Assembly (NCBI GenBank): GCA_044356295.1
Contig: JBIKWN010000006.1
Location: 1 to 64,000 of the forward strand
DNA: 64,000 nt
Reading direction: 5' to 3'
DNA from: Bdellovibrionota bacterium
GTDB lineage: Bacteria > Bdellovibrionota_C > UBA2361 > JBIKWN01
Below are positions 18,654 through 28,016 of this stretch, one piece after another. The notes beneath the pieces are model-generated. The model was not told the DNA's origin. It worked only from the letters and a program-made list of their open reading frames with translations, and did no database searches. Made by a program: the position numbers and the translations under genes. Every line of letters starts with the position of its first letter. Within the stretch, counting starts at the first letter, position 1.

Positions 18654-20135
18654 ATGCATCCTCTACTTCGGCGACAACTTAAAAGAAATGGCTTATCTTT
18701 AGAGACGCTCAGTCCTGAAGTGAATGCATTGTTGCGCGATATAGAATCTGCCTACGAACAATCAGAGACTGATAGAAAGTTATTAGAAAGAAGCCTTGAA
18801 CTGAGCTCTAAAGAGCTCATGACTCAAAATTCGGAAATGAGAGCGATTCTGTCCTCTTTCCCGGATATACTTGCAACTTCGGGCGGGTCGCTCAAAGACC
18901 ATACTTTTGAAGAAATTGTTTCAAAGTATGTTCAAGAACTAATTAACTCTAGAGCAGAATTGGCTGAAGCAAAACAAGTAGTAGAATCGGCTCTAGCTTC
19001 TAGAGGAATATTCTTGGCGAACATGAGTCATGAAATACGGACTCCTTTGAATGGAATTTTAGGAATGATTGCTCTATTACTAGAGTCACACAATCTTTCT
19101 GAAGATCATAGATCGAATCTTTTTTTAGTCAATCAGGCTGCGCAAGACTTATTACGAATCTTAAACGATATTCTTGATTTCTCTAAAATAGAGACCGGCA
19201 AAGTAGAACTTGAAATTCGCCCTATAAATCTTAAGGAGCTTTTTCATAGAATTAACAAATTACTTGAAGTTAAAGCAAGTGAGAAAAATATCAATTGCTG
19301 TTTAGAAATAATTGGGGAAAACCCTAATATACAAATTTGCGGAGACGATACACGGGTAGGACAAGTGCTGATGAACTTAATTAGCAACGCAATTAAATTT
19401 ACTTCACAAAACGGGACAGTTTCTATAAAATATTCATTCACCTACGACGACAATTATTGCAAAATAATTACGAGTATCCGTGACACAGGAATTGGAATTC
19501 CCGAGAATAAAATCCATGATATTTTTGATCCTTTCAGCCAAGCTGATCAAAGCATTACTCGAAAATTTGGAGGAACAGGGCTTGGTTTAAATATTTCTAG
19601 AATGCTAGCTAGATTAATGAATGGAGATATCGAGGTTGAATCTTCGTCATCGACTGGAACAACATTTATATTCACTGCTATTTTTAGCATTGTCGATAAT
19701 CAATCTGGAACAATTGAAATCCCCACTATCAAAACAAAATCACAATATATCAAAAATGCATTGATAGTTGAGGATAATCCTCTGAATCAACTACTAGCCA
19801 GAAGATTCCTTGAAAATCGAGGAATTGAAGTTAAAGTCGCAGAAAATGGACTCAAAGCACTAGACATTATTTTGCAAAATGAAGAATTAGAATCAAAATT
19901 TGATGTAATCCTTATGGACTGTCAAATGCCGGAATTAGATGGATACGAAACGACTAAAAGAATTCGATTGTGGGAAAAGGAAAAGTCCATTTCACCCGTT
20001 TATATTGTTGCTTTAACAGCTAATGCTTTCCAAGAAGACAGAGAAAAATGTCTAAATGCAGGTATGGATGACTTTTTAACTAAACCTATAGTTGTGACTG
20101 AGCTAAATAGGGTTTTGTTACTTCGAAAATCTTAA
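18654..20135 (+). CDS. Hybrid sensor histidine kinase/response regulator
   Basis: FLANMSHEIRTP H-box, N/G1/F/G2 boxes, C-terminal receiver (LMDCQMP, KP). Confidence 0.92.
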   Translation: MHPLLRRQLKRNGLSLETLSPEVNALLRDIESAYEQSETDRKLLERSLELSSKELMTQNSEMRAILSSFPDILATSGGSLKDHTFEEIVSKYVQELINSRAELAEAKQVVESALASRGIFLANMSHEIRTPLNGILGMIALLLESHNLSEDHRSNLFLVNQAAQDLLRILNDILDFSKIETGKVELEIRPINLKELFHRINKLLEVKASEKNINCCLEIIGENPNIQICGDDTRVGQVLMNLISNAIKFTSQNGTVSIKYSFTYDDNYCKIITSIRDTGIGIPENKIHDIFDPFSQADQSITRKFGGTGLGLNISRMLARLMNGDIEVESSSSTGTTFIFTAIFSIVDNQSGTIEIPTIKTKSQYIKNALIVEDNPLNQLLARRFLENRGIEVKVAENGLKALDIILQNEELESKFDVILMDCQMPELDGYETTKRIRLWEKEKSISPVYIVALTANAFQEDREKCLNAGMDDFLTKPIVVTELNRVLLLRKS

Positions 20136-20155
20136 AAATCTCCAGTACAGTGTCA

Positions 20156-22003
20156 TTACGTTAATAATCGCAACGCCAATCCAGGTGATTGATTAGCTTG
20201 AGCGAGCACTGATGTTGCAACTTGCTGTGAAATTTTCAATCGCGTTGCCTCTGCAACTTCGCTACTGACATCACTATCCATAATTCTAGAATGAGCCTCT
20301 TTGTAGTTGATACTCGTCGACTGTACAACATTTATGACTGCTGCCGCGCGCGACATTGTTGCTCCAACTCGTCCTAGTGTTTGTGAGATGCTTTCAATTA
20401 ACGTACGAGAATTATCCAAAGACTGTCTAGCTCCTTGTTGAGTGAGAATATAATTTTTTGCAAGGTAGTTAGTTTGGGCCCCGTTTCCATAATTAAGATC
20501 AAGACGTCCACCTGTCAGCGAAGCCACTATTACATCTTTGACCCCATCACCAGTAAAGTCTGCAATTAAATTTGCATCCGATAATACCCCAGAGCTGTAG
20601 GCCCAAGTTTGAGAAATCTTAAATGTTCCATCGCCGTTACCTAAAATAATTCCTGCACCTGAAAAGCCTGTAATTAAGTAATCAGCAAAACCGTCATTAT
20701 TAATATCCTGGGACGTCATGTTAGCTAATTGACCTATGCCAGAAAAATTTATAGTTGTGTTTGCTCTAAAAGTTCCATCGCCGTTTCCTCGTAGGAAATT
20801 TACAGTTCCACCTCCTGGGCCAATTACAACAATGTCTAAATTGCCATCCCTATCAAAATCTTGGGCGACTGATGCACCAGATACACTATTAACAAAATAA
20901 GTGCTCATGGCTCGAAGTGTCCCGTTGGAATTCGCAAGAATAACTCCGATTTGATTGCTGGAATTATCAGAAAGTTGGATGTCATCTTTTCCATCGCCGT
21001 TAAAGTCACCAACTGAAAGGGCGACACCATTGAAGGATGTGGCATAGCTCACTGCTGCCCTAAATGTACCATTTCCATTTCCACTGAGAACACTAATTGC
21101 GTTACCACCTGATGCAACGAGGTCAGCTATTCCATCGCCGTTTATATCTCCAGTAGAAACTGACGTAACCGTAAATCCTTGCGCGTAAGTAACTGCCGAG
21201 GCAAAAGTATCATTGCCATTATTCAAAGCAATTCGAATATTTGTCGTATGATTGTTAACCCAATCCAGTTTACCATCACCATTTACATCAATGAGGCTTG
21301 CACCAGAGGGACCAGGCGCACCATTAGCGAATATCGTCACACCACTACTAAAAGATCCATCACCGTTTGATAAGAATATCTGACCGTAGATACTTAATAG
21401 ATCAGCTCTTCCGTCGCGGTTGTAATCGATGGCGTTAAAACCTCGCTGATTCGCCATTGCTTGTGTACTTGTTCCTGTAAATGTTCCATCCCCTGCAGCT
21501 CCGTTGATTCCAGAACCTTGTAAATATAAAAGTGAATTATCAAGACCACTTCCGAATTGGAATCTTACCCCTTGGGAATCTACGGAACTTAATAATTTTA
21601 TGCCATTAAATGATGTGATCGAAACTATTCTGTTAAATTCTTCTGTAAGCCTATCAGACTCTTGCTGCATTGATTTTCGCTGCGACAATGAAAAAGATCC
21701 GTTTGCTGCTTGCTCAGCTAATTCAGCTTGGCGTTGTGCAATTTCTGACAACCCTCCAAGAGTCCCCTGAACAATATTGAGCATACTAACGCCATCGTTA
21801 ATATTACGTAGCCCCTGCGAAAAAATTCTTGTTGAAGCATTAAGCTCTAACGCGATAGCGAGTCCTGCTGCATCATCGGCTGCTTTATTAATTCTCTGCC
21901 CAGACGCAAGTCGTTCAGAGATCGAAGCAAGCTTATTCGAGCTTTGCTCAAGTCCCCGCTGCGCGGTTAAAGAACTGATATTACTGCCTAATGTTATAGC
22001 CAA
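20156..22003 (-). CDS. Flagellin with seven FG-GAP/VCBS repeats in the variable region
   Basis: Flagellin N-terminus (ERLASGQRINKAADDAAGLAI) and C-terminus (SRI.D.D...E...SVLAQANQ.P..AL.LL) enclose seven Dx(N/D/T)xDGxxD repeats. TTG start with GAGGAG RBS. Confidence 0.85.
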   Translation of the reverse strand: MAITLGSNISSLTAQRGLEQSSNKLASISERLASGQRINKAADDAAGLAIALELNASTRIFSQGLRNINDGVSMLNIVQGTLGGLSEIAQRQAELAEQAANGSFSLSQRKSMQQESDRLTEEFNRIVSITSFNGIKLLSSVDSQGVRFQFGSGLDNSLLYLQGSGINGAAGDGTFTGTSTQAMANQRGFNAIDYNRDGRADLLSIYGQIFLSNGDGSFSSGVTIFANGAPGPSGASLIDVNGDGKLDWVNNHTTNIRIALNNGNDTFASAVTYAQGFTVTSVSTGDINGDGIADLVASGGNAISVLSGNGNGTFRAAVSYATSFNGVALSVGDFNGDGKDDIQLSDNSSNQIGVILANSNGTLRAMSTYFVNSVSGASVAQDFDRDGNLDIVVIGPGGGTVNFLRGNGDGTFRANTTINFSGIGQLANMTSQDINNDGFADYLITGFSGAGIILGNGDGTFKISQTWAYSSGVLSDANLIADFTGDGVKDVIVASLTGGRLDLNYGNGAQTNYLAKNYILTQQGARQSLDNSRTLIESISQTLGRVGATMSRAAAVINVVQSTSINYKEAHSRIMDSDVSSEVAEATRLKISQQVATSVLAQANQSPGLALRLLT

Positions 22004-22028
22004 ACTTAAATGATACTCCTCATCTTCT

Positions 22029-22055
22029 TGATCGGCTTTTTTTGAATATTTCTAA
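22029..22055 (-). promoter_or_regulatory. Sigma28 (FliA)-like promoter of the flagellin gene
   Basis: Minus strand TTAG-N15-GCCGATCA just upstream of the RBS. Confidence 0.7.
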
Positions 22056-22226
22056 AATTTCTCTTTGTTTTTTTAGGAATAATTGAAAGGAAAATGTGCT
22101 AGTGTTTCGGTAAGTTATGAGGGATGCTTTAAAATTGAAGATATTATTTATGTTTTTTGCAATTTGCGGCTAACAAAAATTCGTACGACCACGGCCATAA
22201 AGTTAAGGGACGTCGAAACTCTTTTT

Positions 22227-22303
22227 GGTACAAGATAACTTTCAATCTGATTTAAGCTAATGAAGTACTATATAATCCAAGTTACCTTGTACCCATTATT
22301 TCT
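22227..22303. repeat. Palindromic repeat, family C, copy 1
   Basis: GGTACAAGATAACT-N39-AGTTACCTTGTACC (13/14 inverted match) followed by CATTATTTCT. Confidence 0.7.
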
Positions 22304-22321
22304 TTTTTTAGAAAAATTGAT

Positions 22322-22738
22322 TTGACCATGCATAAATCTTTTCCTATCAAGTCTTTTTTGATACTTGGAGTTATTTCTCTATGCATATTTATTAATAATA
22401 TGGCTGACAGCTGCTTTGTTAAACTGAAATCCGCCGATAGTAAATTATCAGATGAGCTTAGTTATGAATTATTTGAATTATGGATGTCACCTCAATATGA
22501 AAATGTATCTGCAGAGAATCTTGTGAGAGAATTTCTTTCGAAATATAGCACCCCACAAGAAATTGCAGATCTGAATCCGGTATATAAATTATATCAAGAG
22601 AATATTGCTCTTGGTATCAATGATGGTGATTGGGATATACTTGCGCGGCGCAGTAAACTTAATGAACTTAATGGACGGGAGTTAATAAACGCTGCAGTTA
22701 AGAAATTTCTGTTACAAAATGAGATAGCTTGTAAATAG
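22322..22738 (+). CDS. Hypothetical protein with N-terminal hydrophobic segment
   Basis: AT-rich ORF of 138 aa filling the space between two family C repeats. Confidence 0.5.
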   Translation: MTMHKSFPIKSFLILGVISLCIFINNMADSCFVKLKSADSKLSDELSYELFELWMSPQYENVSAENLVREFLSKYSTPQEIADLNPVYKLYQENIALGINDGDWDILARRSKLNELNGRELINAAVKKFLLQNEIACK

Positions 22739-22786
22739 AGTTCGTCCTTAATATGGCTATCTAAGATTTTTATTAGTGAAATTTTT

Positions 22787-22868
22787 GGTACGAGGTAACT
22801 TTTGATTCGATCTTAAACCACTGTAACTGTTATACAATAAGAGTTACAGTGTACCAGTTACATTTCTC
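22787..22868. repeat. Palindromic repeat, family C, copy 2
   Basis: GGTACGAGGTAACT-N41-AGTTACAGTGTACC; an extra half-site GTTATCTTGTACTA follows at 22872-22885. Confidence 0.65.
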
Positions 22869-22886
22869 CGCGTTATCTTGTACTAG

Positions 22887-23399
22887 TTATTTTTTGAGTG
22901 AATTATGCAAATAAGAAGAAAAAGCTCTTTCAATAACTTCTGTTTCATCAATATTTTTTTCAATTGCACGACGTTTAATTTCGGCAAGTGTTGCAGGCTT
23001 TAATCTCCAATTAGTTCTGACTCGTCGTTCATTGACAGGAATAGATCGTTTGTCTGGTAACTCAATGTTCGCCCACCGCTTTAGATCTTTATAGGGCAAT
23101 CCAGCGAGATCCGGACCAACATCTTTATTTTTTTTAATACATTCTAACACCAGGCTTAGTTTTTCTGGAATCTTATCCCAGTTTAGAAAAGATCGAGGGA
23201 ATCGAAGCATTGCCGCTGGTAGAACCTCTAACACTCTGGGTTCAATTTCTGTACCTATTTTGAGTGCTTCTAGAATATCGACTTTAATTGTAGGTAATGG
23301 TTTTACATCTTCAACTCCCAATAATCCTTTACCAACAAAAAATCCAAATATCCTTTCGGTTTTTTCGTCCCACTGATTGATATAATTATTTTTAGCCAT
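22887..23399 (-). CDS. Hypothetical protein, possible C-terminal ribbon-helix-helix; partner of the upstream NTase-like gene
   Basis: Co-oriented 9 nt after 23409..23915; EPRVLEVLPAA motif; C-terminal RTNWRL.P.TL..IK..A. Confidence 0.5.
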   Translation of the reverse strand: MAKNNYINQWDEKTERIFGFFVGKGLLGVEDVKPLPTIKVDILEALKIGTEIEPRVLEVLPAAMLRFPRSFLNWDKIPEKLSLVLECIKKNKDVGPDLAGLPYKDLKRWANIELPDKRSIPVNERRVRTNWRLKPATLAEIKRRAIEKNIDETEVIERAFSSYLHNSLKK

Positions 23400-23408
23400 A
23401 CTTTTAAT

Positions 23409-23915
23409 CTATAGCTTTATAGTCTTTGTAATTGTGAAATAGGTAATGTCCCCACCATTGCTTATTATCTTGCTCGCTAAAACATCACCAAAAAGTTTTA
23501 AAGCATCACTAACGAGATGTTTATTTTTTTCTTTAGCCTTTATTGCTTTACTGGTAATCGCAGAAATAGGATCTAAGTGACTCACTTTTACCCAGGTTGA
23601 ATCGTAATACTGAATAAAATTAGAATCCTTTGGAATCCAGATCTCTGTACTGAGTTCATCAAAAGCTAAGCCATTTGATTTCAATACATCACGAAAAACT
23701 TGAGTCTCACCCCATTTTCCCTTTAGCAATGCATCAACATCTTTGGTATATGCCAACCGAATCTTCGAGCTGACTTCTTCATTCATCAGCAAGCTCATCT
23801 GTCCTAGGACATTAATCTCTATCTTATTATCCGACATTACAGAATCACCTAAATCTTCACGACGTAATCTGAGTGCTTCTTCAAGATCTTCTATGACTTT
23901 ATTTATTAATTTCAT
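23409..23915 (-). CDS. Putative nucleotidyltransferase-fold protein (DUF6036-like)
   Basis: I.VLGQMSL...T.DVD resembles the hG[GS]...DxD NTase signature; later SKA.KA..K. Confidence 0.55.
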   Translation of the reverse strand: MKLINKVIEDLEEALRLRREDLGDSVMSDNKIEINVLGQMSLLMNEEVSSKIRLAYTKDVDALLKGKWGETQVFRDVLKSNGLAFDELSTEIWIPKDSNFIQYYDSTWVKVSHLDPISAITSKAIKAKEKNKHLVSDALKLFGDVLASKIISNGGDITYFTITKTIKL

Positions 23916-24107
23916 CTTTCCTAAGCACTATTTTACATTAAAAAATATATGACGTACAGACATTATTAAGTATTTGATATTACTCATTATTATGTTGTAA
24001 TTTATATATTTCTAGAGGATTAGTTGCTAGTTCGAAAATCAAAATAGATGACAACATTGTTACTGTAATCATAAAGCAAGCGAAGCTACCCTTTTCCAGA
24101 AATTTTC

Positions 24108-24171
24108 TTCAATATTATTTAGCCTACTGAAGGCACTATATATTCCGAGTTACCTAGTCCCAATTATTTCT
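24108..24171. repeat. Repeat family C, copy 3 (left arm missing)
   Basis: About 52 of 64 positions match 22241-22303 by manual alignment. Confidence 0.65.
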
Positions 24172-24268
24172 CCTTGAAAGAGTACTAGAAGCTGCATGTA
24201 AATTATAATTATAAAATTAAGGTGATTCCCATTGAGTGGAACACCTACTATGGGTAGGTAACTATTTA

Positions 24269-24754
24269 CTAATCCCTAAAATTCGTAAACTGCAATTCAA
24301 TATCCTTAACTTCAGAGCGCAAAAACTGAATCACTGCTTGCAGATCGTCCCTCTTCTTACCCATTATCCGTAATTGATTGCCCTGAATCTGAGAATTCAC
24401 CTTCACTTTTTGACCTTTAATAAGTTTATTAACTTTTTTCAGATCGTCATCACATAATCCCTGTTTGATCAATACTTCTTGTTTAATTGTATCGCCTCCG
24501 GCAGGGAATGGATCTTTAAATTCTACAGACTTCAAACTGACTTTCCGTTTTGCAAGTTTTTCCATCAACATCGTCTGCACTGCACTTAAACGCATCTGGT
24601 CATCAGCGTGGACATTAATCTGTTCTTCAACAAGTTCAACAGTAACGTTGGTTCCCTTAAAATCATACCGAGTTGCAATTTCTCGCTGCACCTGATCAAC
24701 CGCATTACGAACTTCTTGCATATCAACTTCTGAAACGACATCAAAGGAAGGCAT
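24269..24754 (-). CDS. yajQ: YajQ-family nucleotide/c-di-GMP-binding protein
   Basis: MPSFDVVSEVD.QEV.NAVDQ...RYDFKG; GKKRDDLQ; QFTNFRD. Confidence 0.95.
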   Translation of the reverse strand: MPSFDVVSEVDMQEVRNAVDQVQREIATRYDFKGTNVTVELVEEQINVHADDQMRLSAVQTMLMEKLAKRKVSLKSVEFKDPFPAGGDTIKQEVLIKQGLCDDDLKKVNKLIKGQKVKVNSQIQGNQLRIMGKKRDDLQAVIQFLRSEVKDIELQFTNFRD

Positions 24755-24894
24755 ACTCATATTCTCCAAAAAATTTTCATCTGGACTAGAAAAGCCAGAA
24801 GTCAATTAAATCTAAACATCTTTTATACCAAGAAAATGAGTTTCTGGTCGAATTTCTTTACCAACGAAATAAAAACAGGTAGCGTCATTTAAGA

Positions 24895-26067
24895 ATGGAA
24901 TTTGATACGGTTGTAATAGGTGGTGGCGCGGCTGGGCTCATGTGCGCTATCGAAGCTGCAAAACGTGGACGACGTGTGGCTCTGCTTGAAAAGGCGGGAC
25001 AACTTGGTAAAAAAATCCTAATTTCTGGTGGTGGAAGGTGCAATTTCACCAATATTCATGCAACCCCTGCAAACTATATCTCTCAGAATCCTCATTTCTG
25101 TAAATCAGCACTGTCTCGGTATACCCCATTTCATTTCATCGAATTAGTTGAAAAATACAGTATCGCCTATCACGAAAAAACACTTGGTCAACAGTTTTGT
25201 GATGATTCTTCTCGTCAGATTGTTGCTCTACTAAAAAGTGAATGTGACGAACATGGTGTTCAGATTTTCCTCGACGAAACAGTGACTACGATCAATAAAG
25301 ATGAAAAGTTTCATATCGAGTCTTCTAAAGGAATTTTTCATTCAGAAACACTTGTTATAGCAACTGGTGGTCTTTCAATTCCAAAAATGGGTGCGACTGA
25401 TTTTGGTCATCAGATTGCAAAACAGTTTGGATTATCACTCGTAACGTGTCGTCCTGGACTTGTGCCACTGACTTTTAATGATACTGATTTAAAAATATAT
25501 AGTTCTCTAAGCGGTGTTGCTCATCCGACCGTTGCAACTTGTAACGATGAATCTTTTAAAGAAAGCTTTCTTTTTACTCATAAAGGATTAAGCGGGCCAG
25601 CTATTTTACAGATTAGTTCTTATTGGAATTCTGGGGATACGATCTCATTGAATCTTTTACCTGAAATTAATCTATATAATGATTTAGTAAGACGTAAAAA
25701 GAATAGTGAGAGAAACGAATTAAAGACTGTTCTTGGAAATTTCTTCTCTAAAAAATTAGCAGAAACTTTGATTACTCAAATTGGAATTAATAAACCGATA
25801 AATGAATATGCAGACAAAGATCTAGAGGCTTTGTCAAAAAGAATTCACAACTGGGCCTATAAGCCAAATGGTACTGAAGGATACGCAAAAGCCGAAGTCA
25901 CAATCGGCGGCGTTGATACAAATGAGCTTTCTTCAAAAACAATGGAATCCAAAAAAGCACCTGGGCTATTTTTTATTGGCGAAGCTGTTGATGTAACAGG
26001 TCATCTGGGCGGATTTAATTTTCAATGGGCTTGGGCTTCTGGATTTGCTGCTGGGCAATACTGCTAA
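24895..26067 (+). CDS. HI0933/YhiN-family flavoprotein
   Basis: GGGAAG, GKKILISGGGRCNFTN, FTHKGLSGP, GGFNFQWAW.SG. Confidence 0.92.
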   Translation: MEFDTVVIGGGAAGLMCAIEAAKRGRRVALLEKAGQLGKKILISGGGRCNFTNIHATPANYISQNPHFCKSALSRYTPFHFIELVEKYSIAYHEKTLGQQFCDDSSRQIVALLKSECDEHGVQIFLDETVTTINKDEKFHIESSKGIFHSETLVIATGGLSIPKMGATDFGHQIAKQFGLSLVTCRPGLVPLTFNDTDLKIYSSLSGVAHPTVATCNDESFKESFLFTHKGLSGPAILQISSYWNSGDTISLNLLPEINLYNDLVRRKKNSERNELKTVLGNFFSKKLAETLITQIGINKPINEYADKDLEALSKRIHNWAYKPNGTEGYAKAEVTIGGVDTNELSSKTMESKKAPGLFFIGEAVDVTGHLGGFNFQWAWASGFAAGQYC

Positions 26068-26073
26068 ACTTAA

Positions 26074-26835
26074 TTAATGTGAAACCGAACCCTTGTGTAC
26101 ACGATTTAAAAAACGTTGGGCTACATTGACTTCTGCTAAAGCAGCAAGAGCAAGAACAAATATGGATATAACAAGAATTATAGCACTTGCTCTTTCAACT
26201 CTATAAAATTCACCCGATTTAAATTTATACTTTTTAAAAGCCTTAAACAAAAACGTTCCAGCCATGCCAGCTAAAACATATGCAAGCACTTCTAAAAAAA
26301 GATGCGGTAAGAAAATAAAAGGTGTGGTCGCCGACGAACTAGTATCTGTAACTATATAAAGTATAACTTGTGACCAGTTCAGAGCATTCCAAGCTAAAAT
26401 GAGCGTCAGCCCACCACTACCAAAAACAAAAGAATAAAGTAGTCCAATAATCAGAATAGGATAATTAGTTTGAATAAGTGAAACAGTTGTATGCTCACCA
26501 AAAAAAGCACTATGCTTAAAAAGTAGTAATCCAGGGTAAAAAGAATAAAACAGAACTGCTGTCATAAAGATTCCAGCAAAAATCACTGCAATCTTTATCG
26601 ATAAATCAAAATTTGCTATCCAAGGTGAATGACCATTTGCCCATATATTTTCACGATTTTCTTCAAGTAACTCTGCTATCTGGTCGGACAGACCAAGTGC
26701 AATCAGCCCAGTACAAAAAATAGCTACATTCTCGCTAAAACAGACCCATGAAAAAATGAATGATAAAGCACTAATTATTATCGTTCTTAAGAAGATATTA
26801 GGCAGTGCACATCTATTAGCCAGAATCATATTCAA
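26074..26835 (-). CDS. Integral membrane protein, SpoIIM/DUF95-like
   Basis: Multiple TM helices; ILAWNA, LPH..LE..AY..A..AG, AALAE. Confidence 0.6.
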   Translation of the reverse strand: MNMILANRCALPNIFLRTIIISALSFIFSWVCFSENVAIFCTGLIALGLSDQIAELLEENRENIWANGHSPWIANFDLSIKIAVIFAGIFMTAVLFYSFYPGLLLFKHSAFFGEHTTVSLIQTNYPILIIGLLYSFVFGSGGLTLILAWNALNWSQVILYIVTDTSSSATTPFIFLPHLFLEVLAYVLAGMAGTFLFKAFKKYKFKSGEFYRVERASAIILVISIFVLALAALAEVNVAQRFLNRVHKGSVSH

Positions 26836-26846
26836 TCTTTGCGATC

Positions 26847-27413
26847 TTATAATGGAGGTACGAATGAACCAACTTCACATGAAATTGATGAAGCCACATC
26901 AAGATATACAATAATATTTGCTGTATTCGCTGCACCTAATTGTGATCGAAAGAATTGTCCAGGTCTTATTTTAATATTAAAACTATTTTTAATATTATTA
27001 CCTCTGAAGATCAGCGCCTGTTCATAACAACGCCAAAACATATCATTCCTAGCTTTCTGTTTCTCAGGAGTCAACGCTGCGCCAGCAACTGAAGGCGTAA
27101 AATATATGGTAAATTTACCTGCACTGGGCTGTTCGCGAGCACCTGGGGCTAGCATCGGTTCAAAACAATACATAGGTCCATCGATAGCCATTCTGTAACT
27201 ATTTTCTTCGACGTTATAGTCAAGTAAAACACTGGAAGCGAGGTGTCCGCTATTTGAACCAAACCCACAATGTATCATATCAGCTCTGTCTCGTGGCAAT
27301 TGGCCTAGACTAAATTGCTCGTTTGCTTGATTTTGGCTGATACAAATACTGGTATAAAAAATTAATACACAGAATGATAAGATAAGTTGTAATTTGTTTT
27401 TAATTTTTAGCAC
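26847..27413 (-). CDS. Exported hypothetical protein
   Basis: Signal peptide and several Cys; no recognised family. Confidence 0.55.
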   Translation of the reverse strand: MLKIKNKLQLILSFCVLIFYTSICISQNQANEQFSLGQLPRDRADMIHCGFGSNSGHLASSVLLDYNVEENSYRMAIDGPMYCFEPMLAPGAREQPSAGKFTIYFTPSVAGAALTPEKQKARNDMFWRCYEQALIFRGNNIKNSFNIKIRPGQFFRSQLGAANTANIIVYLDVASSISCEVGSFVPPL

Positions 27414-27455
27414 GATAATTTCTCTCTATAAATAAAATTTGATCACTAGTCATGA

Positions 27456-27887
27456 CTATAAAATTTGTTTTTTTATTGGTGGTATAGGAGTTGGCGTTTT
27501 TGCAATAGGAGGTTTGATAACTACAGTAGCTTTCTTCGTAGGCGTTGTAGTCGGTTTTTTAGTTGCAGTCATAGTGGCTTTTGGCGCTGGCGTTCTGGTT
27601 GGTGTCGGTACAGCTGTAGGTTGTAAAATATTTGCTTGTTGTGGATTGTTTTGCTCTTGAGGTGGTAAATTAAAAATTTCTCTTTGTCTTCTCTGCGAAA
27701 TTATTATTAATGTTTCATCTTCATCATCTGTATCAGTAAATCGATCCTGTATGGCTTTATTTTGAGGGTCCCCTGCTCCCCTTCCTATTGCGTTATGGGA
27801 TCTATCTACAAGGGGGATAGCTAGAATAATAAGTACTACAATAACAAAGATTGGAAGGATAGTTTTAACCAAATTGGGATTATTCAT
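27456..27887 (-). CDS. Membrane-anchored hypothetical protein with Pro/Thr-rich tail
   Basis: N-terminal TM helix; PTPTRTPAP...PTPIPP low-complexity region. Confidence 0.5.
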   Translation of the reverse strand: MNNPNLVKTILPIFVIVVLIILAIPLVDRSHNAIGRGAGDPQNKAIQDRFTDTDDEDETLIIISQRRQREIFNLPPQEQNNPQQANILQPTAVPTPTRTPAPKATMTATKKPTTTPTKKATVVIKPPIAKTPTPIPPIKKQIL

Positions 27888-28016
27888 AGGTTAATGGCTA
27901 AGAGTGAACACCTGTAGAATTTTACAGGTTTATAGCTTTAACGAAACAGATAATCTTCAAGAGCTAGCTAAAAAAGGGCATGTAAAACTAAGTGTTTACG
28001 ATTAGCAAGTTATAAT

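Noticed and set aside
23975..24003. Possible dif (XerCD) site around TTATGTTGTAA
   Set aside because: Only a partial XerD arm and no credible XerC arm.
27439..27660. Hydrophobic Gly/Val-rich ORF
   Set aside because: Antisense shadow of the Pro/Thr-rich gene on the minus strand.
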